Assembly (NCBI GenBank): GCA_963771465.1
Contig: CAVYTU010000013.1
Span: 160,001 to 224,000 of the forward strand
Source: an uncultured delta proteobacterium
Lineage (GTDB): Bacteria; Desulfobacterota; Binatia; UBA9968
Direction: 5' to 3'
Length of the DNA stretch: 64,000 bases
Shown: in pieces, positions 10,295 through 19,444 of the stretch
Layout: each line of letters begins with the position of its first letter
How positions within the stretch are numbered: the stretch's first letter is position 1
Program-made: the position numbers and the translations under genes
The notes under the pieces: model-generated
What the model was told of the DNA's origin: nothing
Databases searched by the model: none
The model's input: the letters and a program-made list of their open reading frames with translations, nothing else

Positions 10295-11371
10295 ATGAGA
10301 ATTGCTCAGGTCTCACCGCTCTACGAGAGTGTGCCGCCTAAATTTTACGGCGGTACCGAACGGGTGGTGTCCTATTTAACTGAAGAATTGATTGAGCAAG
10401 GACACGACGTGACGCTGTTTGCCAGCGGTGATTCGATTACCAAAGCGCGCTTAGTTGCGCCCTGCCCGCGGGCGCTGCGTCTCGAGCCCAACACTGAGGA
10501 GCCGTTAGCGTATCATTATATACAGCTCGATCAGGTTTTCGCTGAAGCTGAATACTTCGATATCATTCATTTCCATATCGCCTATCATCATTTTCCACTA
10601 TTTCGCTGCCAGGCGACGCCTCATCTCACCACGGTTCACGGCCGATTGGATATTGCCGATTTGGTACCGCTCTACAAAAGGTATAGAGAAGTACCTCTTA
10701 TATCGATTTCCAACGACCAGAGGCGCCCTTTGCCCTGGGCGAATTGGCAAAGCACGGTCTACCATGGCCTCCCTTTGGATCTGCATCGTTATAACCACCC
10801 GGCGAAGGGGAATTATCTGGCTTTTTTGGGGCGCATATCGCCCGAGAAGCGTTTGGACCGTGCCATCGAGATCGCCACACGCGCGGGTATGAAGCTGAAA
10901 ATAGCGGCTAAAATCGATGCTGTTGATCGCGAGTATTTTCATCAGATCATTGAACCTTTACTCGCTAACCCACTGGTGGAATGCATCGGTGAGATTGCTG
11001 ATCGGGATAAGCAAGATTTTCTTGGCAATGCCTATGCGCTGCTATTTCCGATCGATTGGCCGGAGCCGTTCGGCTTGGTCATTATCGAGGCATTGGCCTG
11101 CGGCACACCCGTCATCGGATTCCGGCGCGGGTCCGTGCCCGAGTTGATTGAAGACGGTGTCACCGGCTTTATCGTCGATGATGTCGATCAAGCCGTCGCC
11201 GCGCTGCCGAATGTTAAAAATCTGGATCGCAGGCGCTGCCGTCAAGTTTTTGAAGAGCGATTTAGCGCGGGGCGTATGACTCGCGATTATCTGCAGATTT
11301 ATTCGCGCATGATCGATGACCCGCCGCAGGTGCGAGGAGGAATCGAATCCGTCGCGATGGTGGGCGGATGA
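10295..11371 (+). CDS. Glycosyltransferase family 4 protein
   Basis: MRIAQVSPLYESVPPKFYGGTERVV, GRISPEK, EPFGLVIIEALACGTPVI. Confidence 0.92.
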   Translation: MRIAQVSPLYESVPPKFYGGTERVVSYLTEELIEQGHDVTLFASGDSITKARLVAPCPRALRLEPNTEEPLAYHYIQLDQVFAEAEYFDIIHFHIAYHHFPLFRCQATPHLTTVHGRLDIADLVPLYKRYREVPLISISNDQRRPLPWANWQSTVYHGLPLDLHRYNHPAKGNYLAFLGRISPEKRLDRAIEIATRAGMKLKIAAKIDAVDREYFHQIIEPLLANPLVECIGEIADRDKQDFLGNAYALLFPIDWPEPFGLVIIEALACGTPVIGFRRGSVPELIEDGVTGFIVDDVDQAVAALPNVKNLDRRRCRQVFEERFSAGRMTRDYLQIYSRMIDDPPQVRGGIESVAMVGG

Positions 11372-11433
11372 GTTTTTACAACTTGTGGTGCACTGCTAAA
11401 CCGGAAATTTGCACTGAGAAGCTGCGCGCAGCT

Positions 11434-13587
11434 TTAGCGCAGAACGATCGTGGCATCGCCGACACGCCGCTCGACGCCAATGCCACGGAAGGCACGGTCC
11501 ATCACTAGATCGACCGCGCCGCTGCCGACGCGTAAATTTTTGATGTGCACCTCCGTGACGAAATCAGGCAGTGAAGGAGCGGTGAAGCAGACGGTGGATT
11601 GGTTGGCCTGAATCGACAGACCGAGGCAGGTTTGCAAGAGTAAAAAAACCGCTCCCGCGGCCCAAGCTTGCGGCGAGCAAGCAACGGGGTAACGGGTTGG
11701 TCCTTCGCCCTCGCGCCGGGTGAAACCGCAAAATAGCTCTGGCAGGCGTTGGATTTCAAAATATAAACTGGCGTCGAACAAGCCTCCGACAATTCGGTTC
11801 ACACCCGCATCAAGGCCATAACGCGCCAGGCCTGCCGCAATGATCGCATTGTCGTGCGGCCATACTGAACCATTGTGATAGGACATGGGATTGTAGCGCA
11901 CCTCAGCCATATCGAGTGTGCGAATGCCCCAACCTGAAAACGAGCCTTCGCTTAACAGAGTCTTGGCAACGCGCCGAGCATATTCATCGGTGGCAATGCC
12001 GGCAAACAGGCAGTGGCCAGCATTGGAGGCTATGATTTCGCATGGCCGCTTGTCACGGTCCAGGGCGATTGCGTAGGTGGAAAGCTCGTCGCACCAAAAC
12101 GCGCGGTTAAATTGTTGCTTCAAGATTTGCGCCTGGGCGCAGAGGTCGCGCGCTGTATCGCCATGACCTAAGTCTGCAGCCATGGCTGCTGCGGCGAGTT
12201 TGGCCGCGTAGACATAACCCTGAACTTCGCAAAGGGCTAAGGGAAATTCCGGTATCGTTCCGTCACGGTGCGATACCGAATCCCATGAATCCTTCCAACC
12301 CTGCTGCACCAAACCAGCCGGCGAGTGGCGCATGGTTTCGACAAAGCCATCGCCGTCAGCGTCGCCATAGGTATCGATCCATTGGAGCGCCAACTTGATC
12401 TGCGGCCAGATGTTGCGAATCGTTTTCAGATCACCGGTGCGCTCATAATAGGCGCCAGCAAGCATGACAAAAAGCGGTGTTGCGTCGGTGCTTCCGTAGT
12501 AGCGATCAAAGGGAATTTCCTGCAGCGCGGCCATTTCCCCGAGACGGGTCTCGTGCAAAATCTTCCCCGGCTCGGCATCTTTTTCGGCGTTCAAGTGCGT
12601 CGCCTGGTGGGCAGCGAGGTAACCGAGCACGCCGCGTGCAACCCGCGGGTTCAACCACAAAACCTCGAGCGCCGTAATGATGCCGTCCCGGCCAAACGGG
12701 GTGCTGAACCACGGCACTCCGGCGTAGGGATAAATCCCATAGGGCGTCTCGCTAAACATCATGTGCAGGTCTGAAATCGAGCGCTCGAGCCAGCTATTGA
12801 ATTCATCGTTTGAAGTTCGAATCGTGCATTCCTCGGCGCGTATCGATGCCAGTGCGGTTTTCGCCTCAGCGCGGGCGGCTTGGCGCGCGCGCGGTACGGT
12901 CCGTTGGGAATTTGACTGGAACGAATAGGTGAGCGCGTAAAGCTCATCTTTCTTGGCATCTAAGACGGTCCTAAACAGCGCTTCGGAGGTCGTCAACTGC
13001 ACTGGTGCTGGAGCGAAATGGATCTCCGTGCGGCGCAAAACATCGTCGAGGCCGCGATACGAAAACGCCAGGTGGTCGGCCTCGATCACGGGCTCTAAAC
13101 GGGCACCCCTCTTTTCACGTTTGACGCCGCGGACCTCAAAGAGGTCGGCGAAATCGGCGTCGAACTGAAATGAGAAAGCGAATTCCAGCGGCGAAAGCCC
13201 ATAGTTGATGAATCGCAACCATTCGTAACAGGTCGCGCGCCAGATAAATTTCGCGCGAAAGATATGCAGGTCGCCGCGGCGCAATACGATTCGCTCTTTG
13301 GCATAGACGTCCGGATTGGTCAGATCGACGGTGAAAAGCAGATTATCTCGTTTTACCGTCGAGCTAAGTAAAAACGGATGCGCCGTGCCCAAGCGGAAAA
13401 CCAGATGTGAGAGATAACGTGTGCCCTCATGATAGATTCCTTGTTCGCCTAAGCCGGTTTGGCGAATATCCCCATAGAGATCGAAGACCGCGAAACTCTC
13501 GCCATGCTTTAGAATGCGCGATTCTTGGGTCGCGCTCGAAGGCGCCGCGATATAAAATGGGTCAGTCAAACGAATCACTTCAGCCAT
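11434..13587 (-). CDS. Amylo-alpha-1,6-glucosidase (glycogen debranching-like) protein
   Basis: AGVPWFSTPFGRD, EPGKILHE, QGWKDS, YHNGSVWPHD, RLPELFCGF, CSPQAWA; RBS aaggag before ATG 13587. Confidence 0.9.
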   Translation of the reverse strand: MAEVIRLTDPFYIAAPSSATQESRILKHGESFAVFDLYGDIRQTGLGEQGIYHEGTRYLSHLVFRLGTAHPFLLSSTVKRDNLLFTVDLTNPDVYAKERIVLRRGDLHIFRAKFIWRATCYEWLRFINYGLSPLEFAFSFQFDADFADLFEVRGVKREKRGARLEPVIEADHLAFSYRGLDDVLRRTEIHFAPAPVQLTTSEALFRTVLDAKKDELYALTYSFQSNSQRTVPRARQAARAEAKTALASIRAEECTIRTSNDEFNSWLERSISDLHMMFSETPYGIYPYAGVPWFSTPFGRDGIITALEVLWLNPRVARGVLGYLAAHQATHLNAEKDAEPGKILHETRLGEMAALQEIPFDRYYGSTDATPLFVMLAGAYYERTGDLKTIRNIWPQIKLALQWIDTYGDADGDGFVETMRHSPAGLVQQGWKDSWDSVSHRDGTIPEFPLALCEVQGYVYAAKLAAAAMAADLGHGDTARDLCAQAQILKQQFNRAFWCDELSTYAIALDRDKRPCEIIASNAGHCLFAGIATDEYARRVAKTLLSEGSFSGWGIRTLDMAEVRYNPMSYHNGSVWPHDNAIIAAGLARYGLDAGVNRIVGGLFDASLYFEIQRLPELFCGFTRREGEGPTRYPVACSPQAWAAGAVFLLLQTCLGLSIQANQSTVCFTAPSLPDFVTEVHIKNLRVGSGAVDLVMDRAFRGIGVERRVGDATIVLR

Positions 13588-13707
13588 TCCATTGCTCCTT
13601 TTGATGAGTTCGCGTGATTCAAAAATCGTTCCGGCGCAACCGTTGTCGGGGTTCACAGCACTTGAATCACATCATTCGACTGCTTGAGCATCGCTTCTCT
13701 TATAATA

Positions 13708-13722
13708 CGGTCTCAAATTTGC
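13708..13722 (+). promoter_or_regulatory. Possible sigma54-type promoter for the HAD remnant/topoisomerase IB unit
   Basis: CGGTCTCAAATTTGC, weaker -24 half. Confidence 0.45.
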
Positions 13723-13751
13723 TGTGTGAAGTTGAAGAGGAGTGTTTTTAG

Positions 13752-13964
13752 ATGCGTTACTTGGCTCTAGCCTGCGATTATGATGGCACCTTGGCGTCGG
13801 CAGGCAAGGTATCGAACGAAACTTGTCTGCCTGAGCTGCCGGACTTGCTTTCGGCGTTTCCGCGCTGCGCGTTGTTTGACGCTATGGTTGAAAGTGCGGC
13901 GCGGCGATTTTGCCGCGTTGGAGCTTTGGCAGCGCGAAAGTCGCCCAGCTTATCGATTCGATAG
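13752..13964 (+). pseudogene. Truncated HAD-family (Cof-like) hydrolase remnant
   Basis: RBS gaggag; MRYLALACDYDGTLA is HAD motif I, but motif II (TGR) is missing and the ORF ends at 70 aa. Confidence 0.65.
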
Positions 13965-13968
13965 AAAG

Positions 13969-15237
13969 ATGAAAGACGACGACCACGACTCCAACCGGCA
14001 AATTTCGCGTAGCAACGGCACGGACGCCATCGCCGCAGCACAGGCGGCGCGATTGCGTTATGTTGGCGATTGGCATCCCGGGTTGCGCCGCAGGCGAAGC
14101 AGGAAGACTTTCGTTTACGTTGGCGTCAATGGTAAACCCCTGCGCGATCGCGAGCAGGTGCGCCGGATAAAAGCCCTGGCGATTCCACCGGCGTGGAGCG
14201 AAGTGTGGATATGCCCCTGGGCCGACGGTCACCTGCAGGCAACCGGCCGCGATGCGCGCGGCCGTAAACAGTATCGCTACCATTCGCACTGGCGCGAGGT
14301 GCGCGACGAGAACAAATACCAGCGTATGATCGCCTTTGGGCAGGTCTTGCCGCGCATCCGCACGCAGGTAGAGAAAGATCTGGCACTTTCGGGACTGCCG
14401 CGCCCCAAGGTGCTCGCTACAGTGGTCAAGCTCCTTGAGATGACCCATATTCGAGTCGGCAACGAAGAGTATGCGCGCAGTAACCAGTCCTTCGGTTTAG
14501 CAACCTTGCGCAACCGCCACGTTAAGATTACGGGAGGCAAATTGCGCTTTGAATTTCGCGGCAAGAGCCGGGTCGAACACGCTATCGATTTACAAGACCC
14601 GCGCCTGACGCGCATAGTCAAGCGCTGCCAAGATCTTCCCGGTTACGACTTGTTCCAATATATCGATGATGACGGTGTGCGTTGTGCCATCGAAGCAAGC
14701 GACGTGAACGATTATTTGCGCGAAATTGCCGGCGCCGAGTTTAGCACCAAAGATTTTCGCACTTGGGCTGGTACCGTGCTCGCCGCGCGAGCTCTGCGCC
14801 AGTTCAAGATTACGGGATCACAAGCCAAGACCAAACGGGATATCAACAAAGCGATCCACGCCGTAGCGCAATTGTTGGGTAACACCACGGCCGTGTGCCG
14901 CAAATGTTACATCCATCCCGCCGTACTCGATGCCTATACCTCAGGAACCTTAGGCAGTCCTGTGCTCGGCAGGCGTGCGCAGAATGGCGGAAACCGGGGC
15001 TTGGCAGCGGAGGAAAGCGCGCTCTTGGCGCTGTTGCAGCGCATGGCGCGGAGATCTGCCAGGCGAGAAAAAGTTTCACTCAAGCCGAGCCGGCGCGCCG
15101 GCGGAAAAAAATTGCGCGGCGCGCGCGTGTCTTTCACCCACGTAACGGTGACACCCGCAAAAAAGGAAAATGGGAAGAACCAGAGTTTGAGCCGTGATCG
15201 AAGGACGAAGTCGGCGCTTGCTGTCGGTTTAAAATGA
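13969..15237 (+). CDS. Bacterial DNA topoisomerase IB with basic C-terminal tail
   Basis: LAIPPAW, GRDARGRKQYRYH, RVGNEEY, FRGKS, KDFRTW, LGNTTAVCRKCYIHP catalytic motifs; start approximate. Confidence 0.92.
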   Translation: MKDDDHDSNRQISRSNGTDAIAAAQAARLRYVGDWHPGLRRRRSRKTFVYVGVNGKPLRDREQVRRIKALAIPPAWSEVWICPWADGHLQATGRDARGRKQYRYHSHWREVRDENKYQRMIAFGQVLPRIRTQVEKDLALSGLPRPKVLATVVKLLEMTHIRVGNEEYARSNQSFGLATLRNRHVKITGGKLRFEFRGKSRVEHAIDLQDPRLTRIVKRCQDLPGYDLFQYIDDDGVRCAIEASDVNDYLREIAGAEFSTKDFRTWAGTVLAARALRQFKITGSQAKTKRDINKAIHAVAQLLGNTTAVCRKCYIHPAVLDAYTSGTLGSPVLGRRAQNGGNRGLAAEESALLALLQRMARRSARREKVSLKPSRRAGGKKLRGARVSFTHVTVTPAKKENGKNQSLSRDRRTKSALAVGLK

Positions 15238-15393
15238 TTACAACGCGCTTCGCCAAAGACGCTGAAGAGCACGAAAAAAACTGTAGCGTCCAAAGCGCCG
15301 TAGAAACTAGTTAATCAGTGCTATTTTTCCTCTGTGTAGCATCATGCGCGCTATTTAACCGCGGGTGAGAATGGCCGGAACGCGCCAGCTACT

Positions 15394-15441
15394 CGTGCCA
15401 AAAACGAGACGAATTCCAAGCGAAGTCCTGGTTTTCGGACG
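15394..15441. promoter_or_regulatory. Pair of putative UAS palindromes
   Basis: CGTGCCAAAAACGAGACG (15394) and AGTCCTGGTTTTCGGACG (15424), 30 bp apart. Confidence 0.45.
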
Positions 15442-15492
15442 GCGCTCAGCCAAACCAGTGAAAATTTGTATTGAAATAGAGCAGCGAGCCTC

Positions 15493-15507
15493 TGGCACGT
15501 TAGTTGC
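15493..15507 (+). promoter_or_regulatory. sigma54-type -24/-12 promoter
   Basis: TGGCACGTTAGTTGC, perfect TGGCAC-N5-TTGC consensus. Confidence 0.85.
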
Positions 15508-15544
15508 GCTAAGTAGTTTTAGTTTTAAAATTTAAGGAGGCCTT

Positions 15545-15949
15545 GTGAAACGTATTACATTTACAATTATACCGATGTGTTTGTTAACCACACTCATTGT
15601 CGTCGGTTGTTCGAAGGATCGAGCTAGCAATGAAAAAGTATCTCAAACTAGCGCAGCACCGGACAACTCCGCTGTCAATGTCCGAGATCGCAACGATCAA
15701 ACAAAGACCGCAGGAGATCAGGCCGAAAACGAAGCCGATCGAACGATTAGTCAGAACATAAGAAAGGAGCTTAGTGCGGACGATTCACTTTCAACCAACG
15801 GTAAGAACGTTAAAATTATTACCGCGGACGGTAAGGTGACCTTACGTGGTCCGGTGAAGAGTGACGCGGAAAAATCTGCCATCGCCGGCAAAGCGCAGCA
15901 GGTAGCAGGTGTTAAAAACGTCGATAACCAATTAGAAATCGCCAATTAA
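15545..15949 (+). CDS. BON domain (OsmY-like) lipoprotein
   Basis: Lipobox IVVGC; GKVTLRGPV...AGVKNVDNQLEI; RBS aaggagg. Confidence 0.9.
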   Translation: MKRITFTIIPMCLLTTLIVVGCSKDRASNEKVSQTSAAPDNSAVNVRDRNDQTKTAGDQAENEADRTISQNIRKELSADDSLSTNGKNVKIITADGKVTLRGPVKSDAEKSAIAGKAQQVAGVKNVDNQLEIAN

Positions 15950-15972
15950 AAAAACTTATTTTAGGAGGTTTT

Positions 15973-16536
15973 ATGTCCAAATCTGTATTCTGTTTAGTCG
16001 ATAGCGAAGTCCAGGCGGAAGCCATCGTCGACAATCTCAAAGCCGCCAATTTTTCCAACAACGAAATTTCGGTCTTATTTCCGGATAAATCCGGCACCAG
16101 AGACTTTGCTCACGAACAACACACTAAGGCCCCCGAGGGAGCCGCCACAGGCGCAGGAACCGGTGGGGTAGTGGGTGGAGTTTTGGGCTGGCTCGTTGGG
16201 ATCGGTTCGCTAGCGATACCGGGTGTTGGCCCTTTTATCGCTGCGGGACCGATCATGGCGGCGCTCGCCGGCGCAGGCGCTGGTGCGGCGGTCGGCGGAC
16301 TGACTGGAGCCCTGATCGGCATGGGCATTCCGGAGTACGAGGCCAAGCAGTATGAGGGAAAAATAAAGGGTGGCAATATTCTTATTTCGGTCCATTCGGA
16401 GAACAGCGATGAAAGAACGCGCGCGAAGGATATTTTCGAGCGCGCCGGGGCGCACGACATTTCCTCCACGGAAGAAGAGAGTGTTCCCGACGAAAGTAAG
16501 GTCCATCCCAGAGCGGGATATCCGTCGCGCCCATGA
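15973..16536 (+). CDS. General stress protein (YflT/17M-like fold with glycine-zipper membrane segment)
   Basis: PEGAATGAGTGG...AIPGVGPFIAAGP...GMGIPEYEAKQYE; RBS aggagg. Confidence 0.8.
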   Translation: MSKSVFCLVDSEVQAEAIVDNLKAANFSNNEISVLFPDKSGTRDFAHEQHTKAPEGAATGAGTGGVVGGVLGWLVGIGSLAIPGVGPFIAAGPIMAALAGAGAGAAVGGLTGALIGMGIPEYEAKQYEGKIKGGNILISVHSENSDERTRAKDIFERAGAHDISSTEEESVPDESKVHPRAGYPSRP

Positions 16537-16557
16537 AGCGTTTCGGGAGAACCCACC

Positions 16558-16668
16558 ATGAGACTGTTGAAAGACCAACAAGGAAAAGTGGGATGGGTAC
16601 TTCTTTGGGCCTTAGGCGTGCCCATTCCCGTTTTAGTCATTTTGTTCTTGATGCGTGGCTGTACCTGA
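16558..16668 (+). CDS. 36-aa membrane peptide MRLLKDQQGKVGWVLLWALGVPIPVLVILFLMRGCT
   Basis: RBS ggag, last ORF before a terminator, hydrophobic LLWxLGxPIP motif. Confidence 0.7.
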   Translation: MRLLKDQQGKVGWVLLWALGVPIPVLVILFLMRGCT

Positions 16669-16757
16669 TCGATTAATTATCGCCAATTGAAGCTGTCAAC
16701 GTGGGCAGTAGTGCATTCTGGAATTATCACAGCGATCGCCGGTTAGCCGGCTTGCAA

Positions 16758-16806
16758 GACGCGGGAGGCGCGCTACGTCGTGCCTCCCGCGTCGCCTTTT
16801 GTTTTT
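16758..16806 (+). terminator. Rho-independent terminator
   Basis: GACGCGGGAGGCGCG/CGTGCCTCCCGCGTC stem followed by a T-rich tract. Confidence 0.75.
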
Positions 16807-16861
16807 CCAGTACGATTATTGCGTTCTCCTCTCGCCTAATTTTCGTTGATCCAGTCATCGT

Positions 16862-18679
16862 ATGAGCACTTCCCGAGCCGACCCAACGTCGAGCTACGGA
16901 TGGAGCGGCAAGTTGCCCTCCCTATCGGTCCTCCCCGCGTTGGTTCTCGTTGTCGCGTCTCTTTATTGGGCGCAGTTATTTCTCATTCCCATTGCGCTCG
17001 CGGTTTTGCTCACATTTTTATTGACTCCTGTAGTGACGGCGCTGGAAACCCTAGGCTTGCGTCGTGTTCCTTCTGTCCTACTCATTGTCATCATTCTCTT
17101 TTCACTGTTGGGAATTATCGGCTGGATTGTCGCGCTTCAACTTAACAGCGTCGCCAATCAGCTGCCCACGTACAGAAATAATATTCGGCAAAAGATCGCG
17201 GATGTGCGCGGCGCTGGCAAGGGTAGCGCCTGGGAGAAGATGAAAGAGACCGCGAAGGAAGTAAAAAAAGAACTCAGCAAAGATCCCAGTTCGGCGCCCC
17301 AGCCGCGTCCAGTGGTTGTTCAAGGTGAAGAGTCGACGACGTTCTGGCCCATTTCACCGTCCGCGGCTTCGATGTTCGATCGTCTGGCGGGAGCTGGGTT
17401 CGTGATCGTTTTGGTGGTTTTTATGCTCATCCGCCGGGAAAATTTGCGTAACCGGCTGATTCGGCTGCTAGGTTATGGACGCTTGACGATTACTACCAAA
17501 GCGATGGAAGAGGCCGGCCGCGGCATAACTCGCTATCTAGTTATGCAGTCGCTGCTCAATAGTGGGTTTGGCATGGCGGTGGCAGCTGCGCTTCTATTGA
17601 TTGGGCTCCCTTATGCGCTTCTCTGGGGTTTTTTGGCTGCTTTGTTGCGCTTCATTCCTTACGTCGGCTCAATGGTAGCGGCGACTCTGCCGACAGTCTT
17701 AAGTCTCGCGGTGTTCGATGGCTGGTTCTGGCCAATGCTCGTTTTTGGCGTGATTGTCGCTATGGAACTCGTGAACGGCATGATTTTGGAACCTTTACTT
17801 TATGGTGAAAGCGCGGGTGTCTCTGAAGTCGGCCTGCTCGTCGCGATTGCGTTTTGGACCTGGCTTTGGGGCCCGCTCGGACTTTTACTCGCGACTCCCC
17901 TTACAGTTTGTGTTGTTGTGATCAGCAAACACGTGCCGCAGATGGAATTTATCGATGTGCTCATGAGCGACGATCGCATCGTCGATATCGATACCGACAT
18001 TATCTATTATCAACGGTTGTTAGCGATGGATCGGGTCGAAGCGAGGGAAATCATCGAAGACCATTTCAAGTCGCATCCCGCCGAACAGGTTTTCGACGAA
18101 CTCATGGTTCCAGCCCTCAGTTATGCCAAAAGAGATTTTTCACGTGGCCGATTAACCGAAGCCGAAGAACAGTTGGTTTTCCAATCGACACGCGAGATTC
18201 TGGCGGAGGTTGAAAGTTTGCAGCCGAAGGATTCCTCAGATTCGTCCAGCCCGACGATCGACGCTCAGCGCCAGCCTTCGATTTCCGGGAAACTTTGCAT
18301 TATCGGTTGTCCAGCCAAGGACGAGGGTGACGAGTTGGCTCTGGCCATGTTTAGTCGGTTGCTCGATCCGAACCGTTATGAGATCGAAATACTCGCCGAT
18401 GAGTTGCTGATCTCCGAGATCATCGAACGGATTGCTGAAAAAAACCCTGCGATAGTCTGTATAGCGTCAGTACCCCCGGATGGATTGGATCATACTCGAT
18501 CCCTTTGCAAACGGCTGAGACAGCGATTCCCTGACCTGCAAATCTTCGTTGGTCGATGGGGTATCGACGGTCGGGACAATACCGATCAGTTAATGTTGGC
18601 TGGCGCTGACAAGATCGGCAAAACGATAATAGAATCGCAACAGCAAGTCATGCAGGTGAATCAACTGACTGCCAATTGA
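16862..18679 (+). CDS. AI-2E family transporter with C-terminal B12-binding-like domain
   Basis: LIPIALAVLLTFLLTPVV, ILEPLLYGES, FWTWLWGPLGLLLATPLTVC; full-length paralog of 1..1629. Confidence 0.88.
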   Translation: MSTSRADPTSSYGWSGKLPSLSVLPALVLVVASLYWAQLFLIPIALAVLLTFLLTPVVTALETLGLRRVPSVLLIVIILFSLLGIIGWIVALQLNSVANQLPTYRNNIRQKIADVRGAGKGSAWEKMKETAKEVKKELSKDPSSAPQPRPVVVQGEESTTFWPISPSAASMFDRLAGAGFVIVLVVFMLIRRENLRNRLIRLLGYGRLTITTKAMEEAGRGITRYLVMQSLLNSGFGMAVAAALLLIGLPYALLWGFLAALLRFIPYVGSMVAATLPTVLSLAVFDGWFWPMLVFGVIVAMELVNGMILEPLLYGESAGVSEVGLLVAIAFWTWLWGPLGLLLATPLTVCVVVISKHVPQMEFIDVLMSDDRIVDIDTDIIYYQRLLAMDRVEAREIIEDHFKSHPAEQVFDELMVPALSYAKRDFSRGRLTEAEEQLVFQSTREILAEVESLQPKDSSDSSSPTIDAQRQPSISGKLCIIGCPAKDEGDELALAMFSRLLDPNRYEIEILADELLISEIIERIAEKNPAIVCIASVPPDGLDHTRSLCKRLRQRFPDLQIFVGRWGIDGRDNTDQLMLAGADKIGKTIIESQQQVMQVNQLTAN

Positions 18680-18710
18680 GACGACAGCTCATTTTTGGGT
18701 AATTCGTCGG

Positions 18711-18759
18711 TATCTCATTCGTGAGACACTGACGGTTGCTTTGTCTCACCTCTGTAACA
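18711..18759. promoter_or_regulatory. Pair of putative UAS palindromes
   Basis: TATCTCATTCGTGAGACA (18711) and TGTCTCACCTCTGTAACA (18742), 31 bp apart. Confidence 0.6.
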
Positions 18760-18812
18760 TTCAGAATCGTGCTTCATCATCCCCCACGGTAAACCGGCGT
18801 GAATGCGTGCTT

Positions 18813-18827
18813 TGGTACGATGGTTGC
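18813..18827 (+). promoter_or_regulatory. sigma54-type -24/-12 promoter
   Basis: TGGTACGATGGTTGC. Confidence 0.75.
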
Positions 18828-18926
18828 GTAATTTTTAACCAAGGCCGCAAATAAAACCAAAGGGCAAATTAATTGAGATTTCTTGGTCACTAGGGTGGCT
18901 AATAAAAATTTGCGAGGAGGTACAGC

Positions 18927-19262
18927 ATGCAGAAAAAAGAATCTATTAAATCGGCAGACGAAACTCGGGTCACGGGTTTGTTCGACGACTCCGAGCAAGC
19001 CAAAGAGGCGGTCGAAGAATTAAAAGACGCTGGCTTTGGCGGAGATCGGATTGCTATCGCCATGCAGGATAGCGCGGCCCAGGACAGCTTTGTCGCCGAA
19101 ACCAAGGTGCATACAGCGGCCGCGGAGGAAATTCCCAGCATTCCGGAACTAGACGCCGGGCAGGTGCTTCTTTTGGTCGAAGCTGCGGATCAGGCCGCGC
19201 TAGCGTTAGAAATTATCAATCGCAATCAAGGCATCACCGGTGGCGTGCGCATGCCGACGTAG
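18927..19262 (+). CDS. Stand-alone general stress (YflT-like) domain protein
   Basis: VTGLFDDSEQAKEAVEELKDAGF; RBS gaggagg; closely similar to the C-terminal domain of 21803..22615. Confidence 0.75.
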   Translation: MQKKESIKSADETRVTGLFDDSEQAKEAVEELKDAGFGGDRIAIAMQDSAAQDSFVAETKVHTAAAEEIPSIPELDAGQVLLLVEAADQAALALEIINRNQGITGGVRMPT

Positions 19263-19444
19263 AATGCGGATGGTATAGTCGGGACTTTTCCTAGCGCCAC
19301 CGATAAAACGGCGCGCGTGCTGCGCTTTTGCACACAGGTTAAGACTTAAACGGTCAGCAGCTTCCCGCGCGAGCAAACCAAAGTAGGACTATTTTTCCGA
19401 GCGGCTACGATCGATTCACCGGCTGCTCCTGGCGGAGAATGGGT

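Noticed and set aside
13780-13968. N-terminal extension of topoisomerase IB in the ORF track
   Set aside because: Overlaps the HAD remnant in another frame and has no recognisable homology
16808-16822. CAGTACGATTATTGC upstream of the second AI-2E gene
   Set aside because: AG instead of the invariant GG; not counted among the 17 motifs
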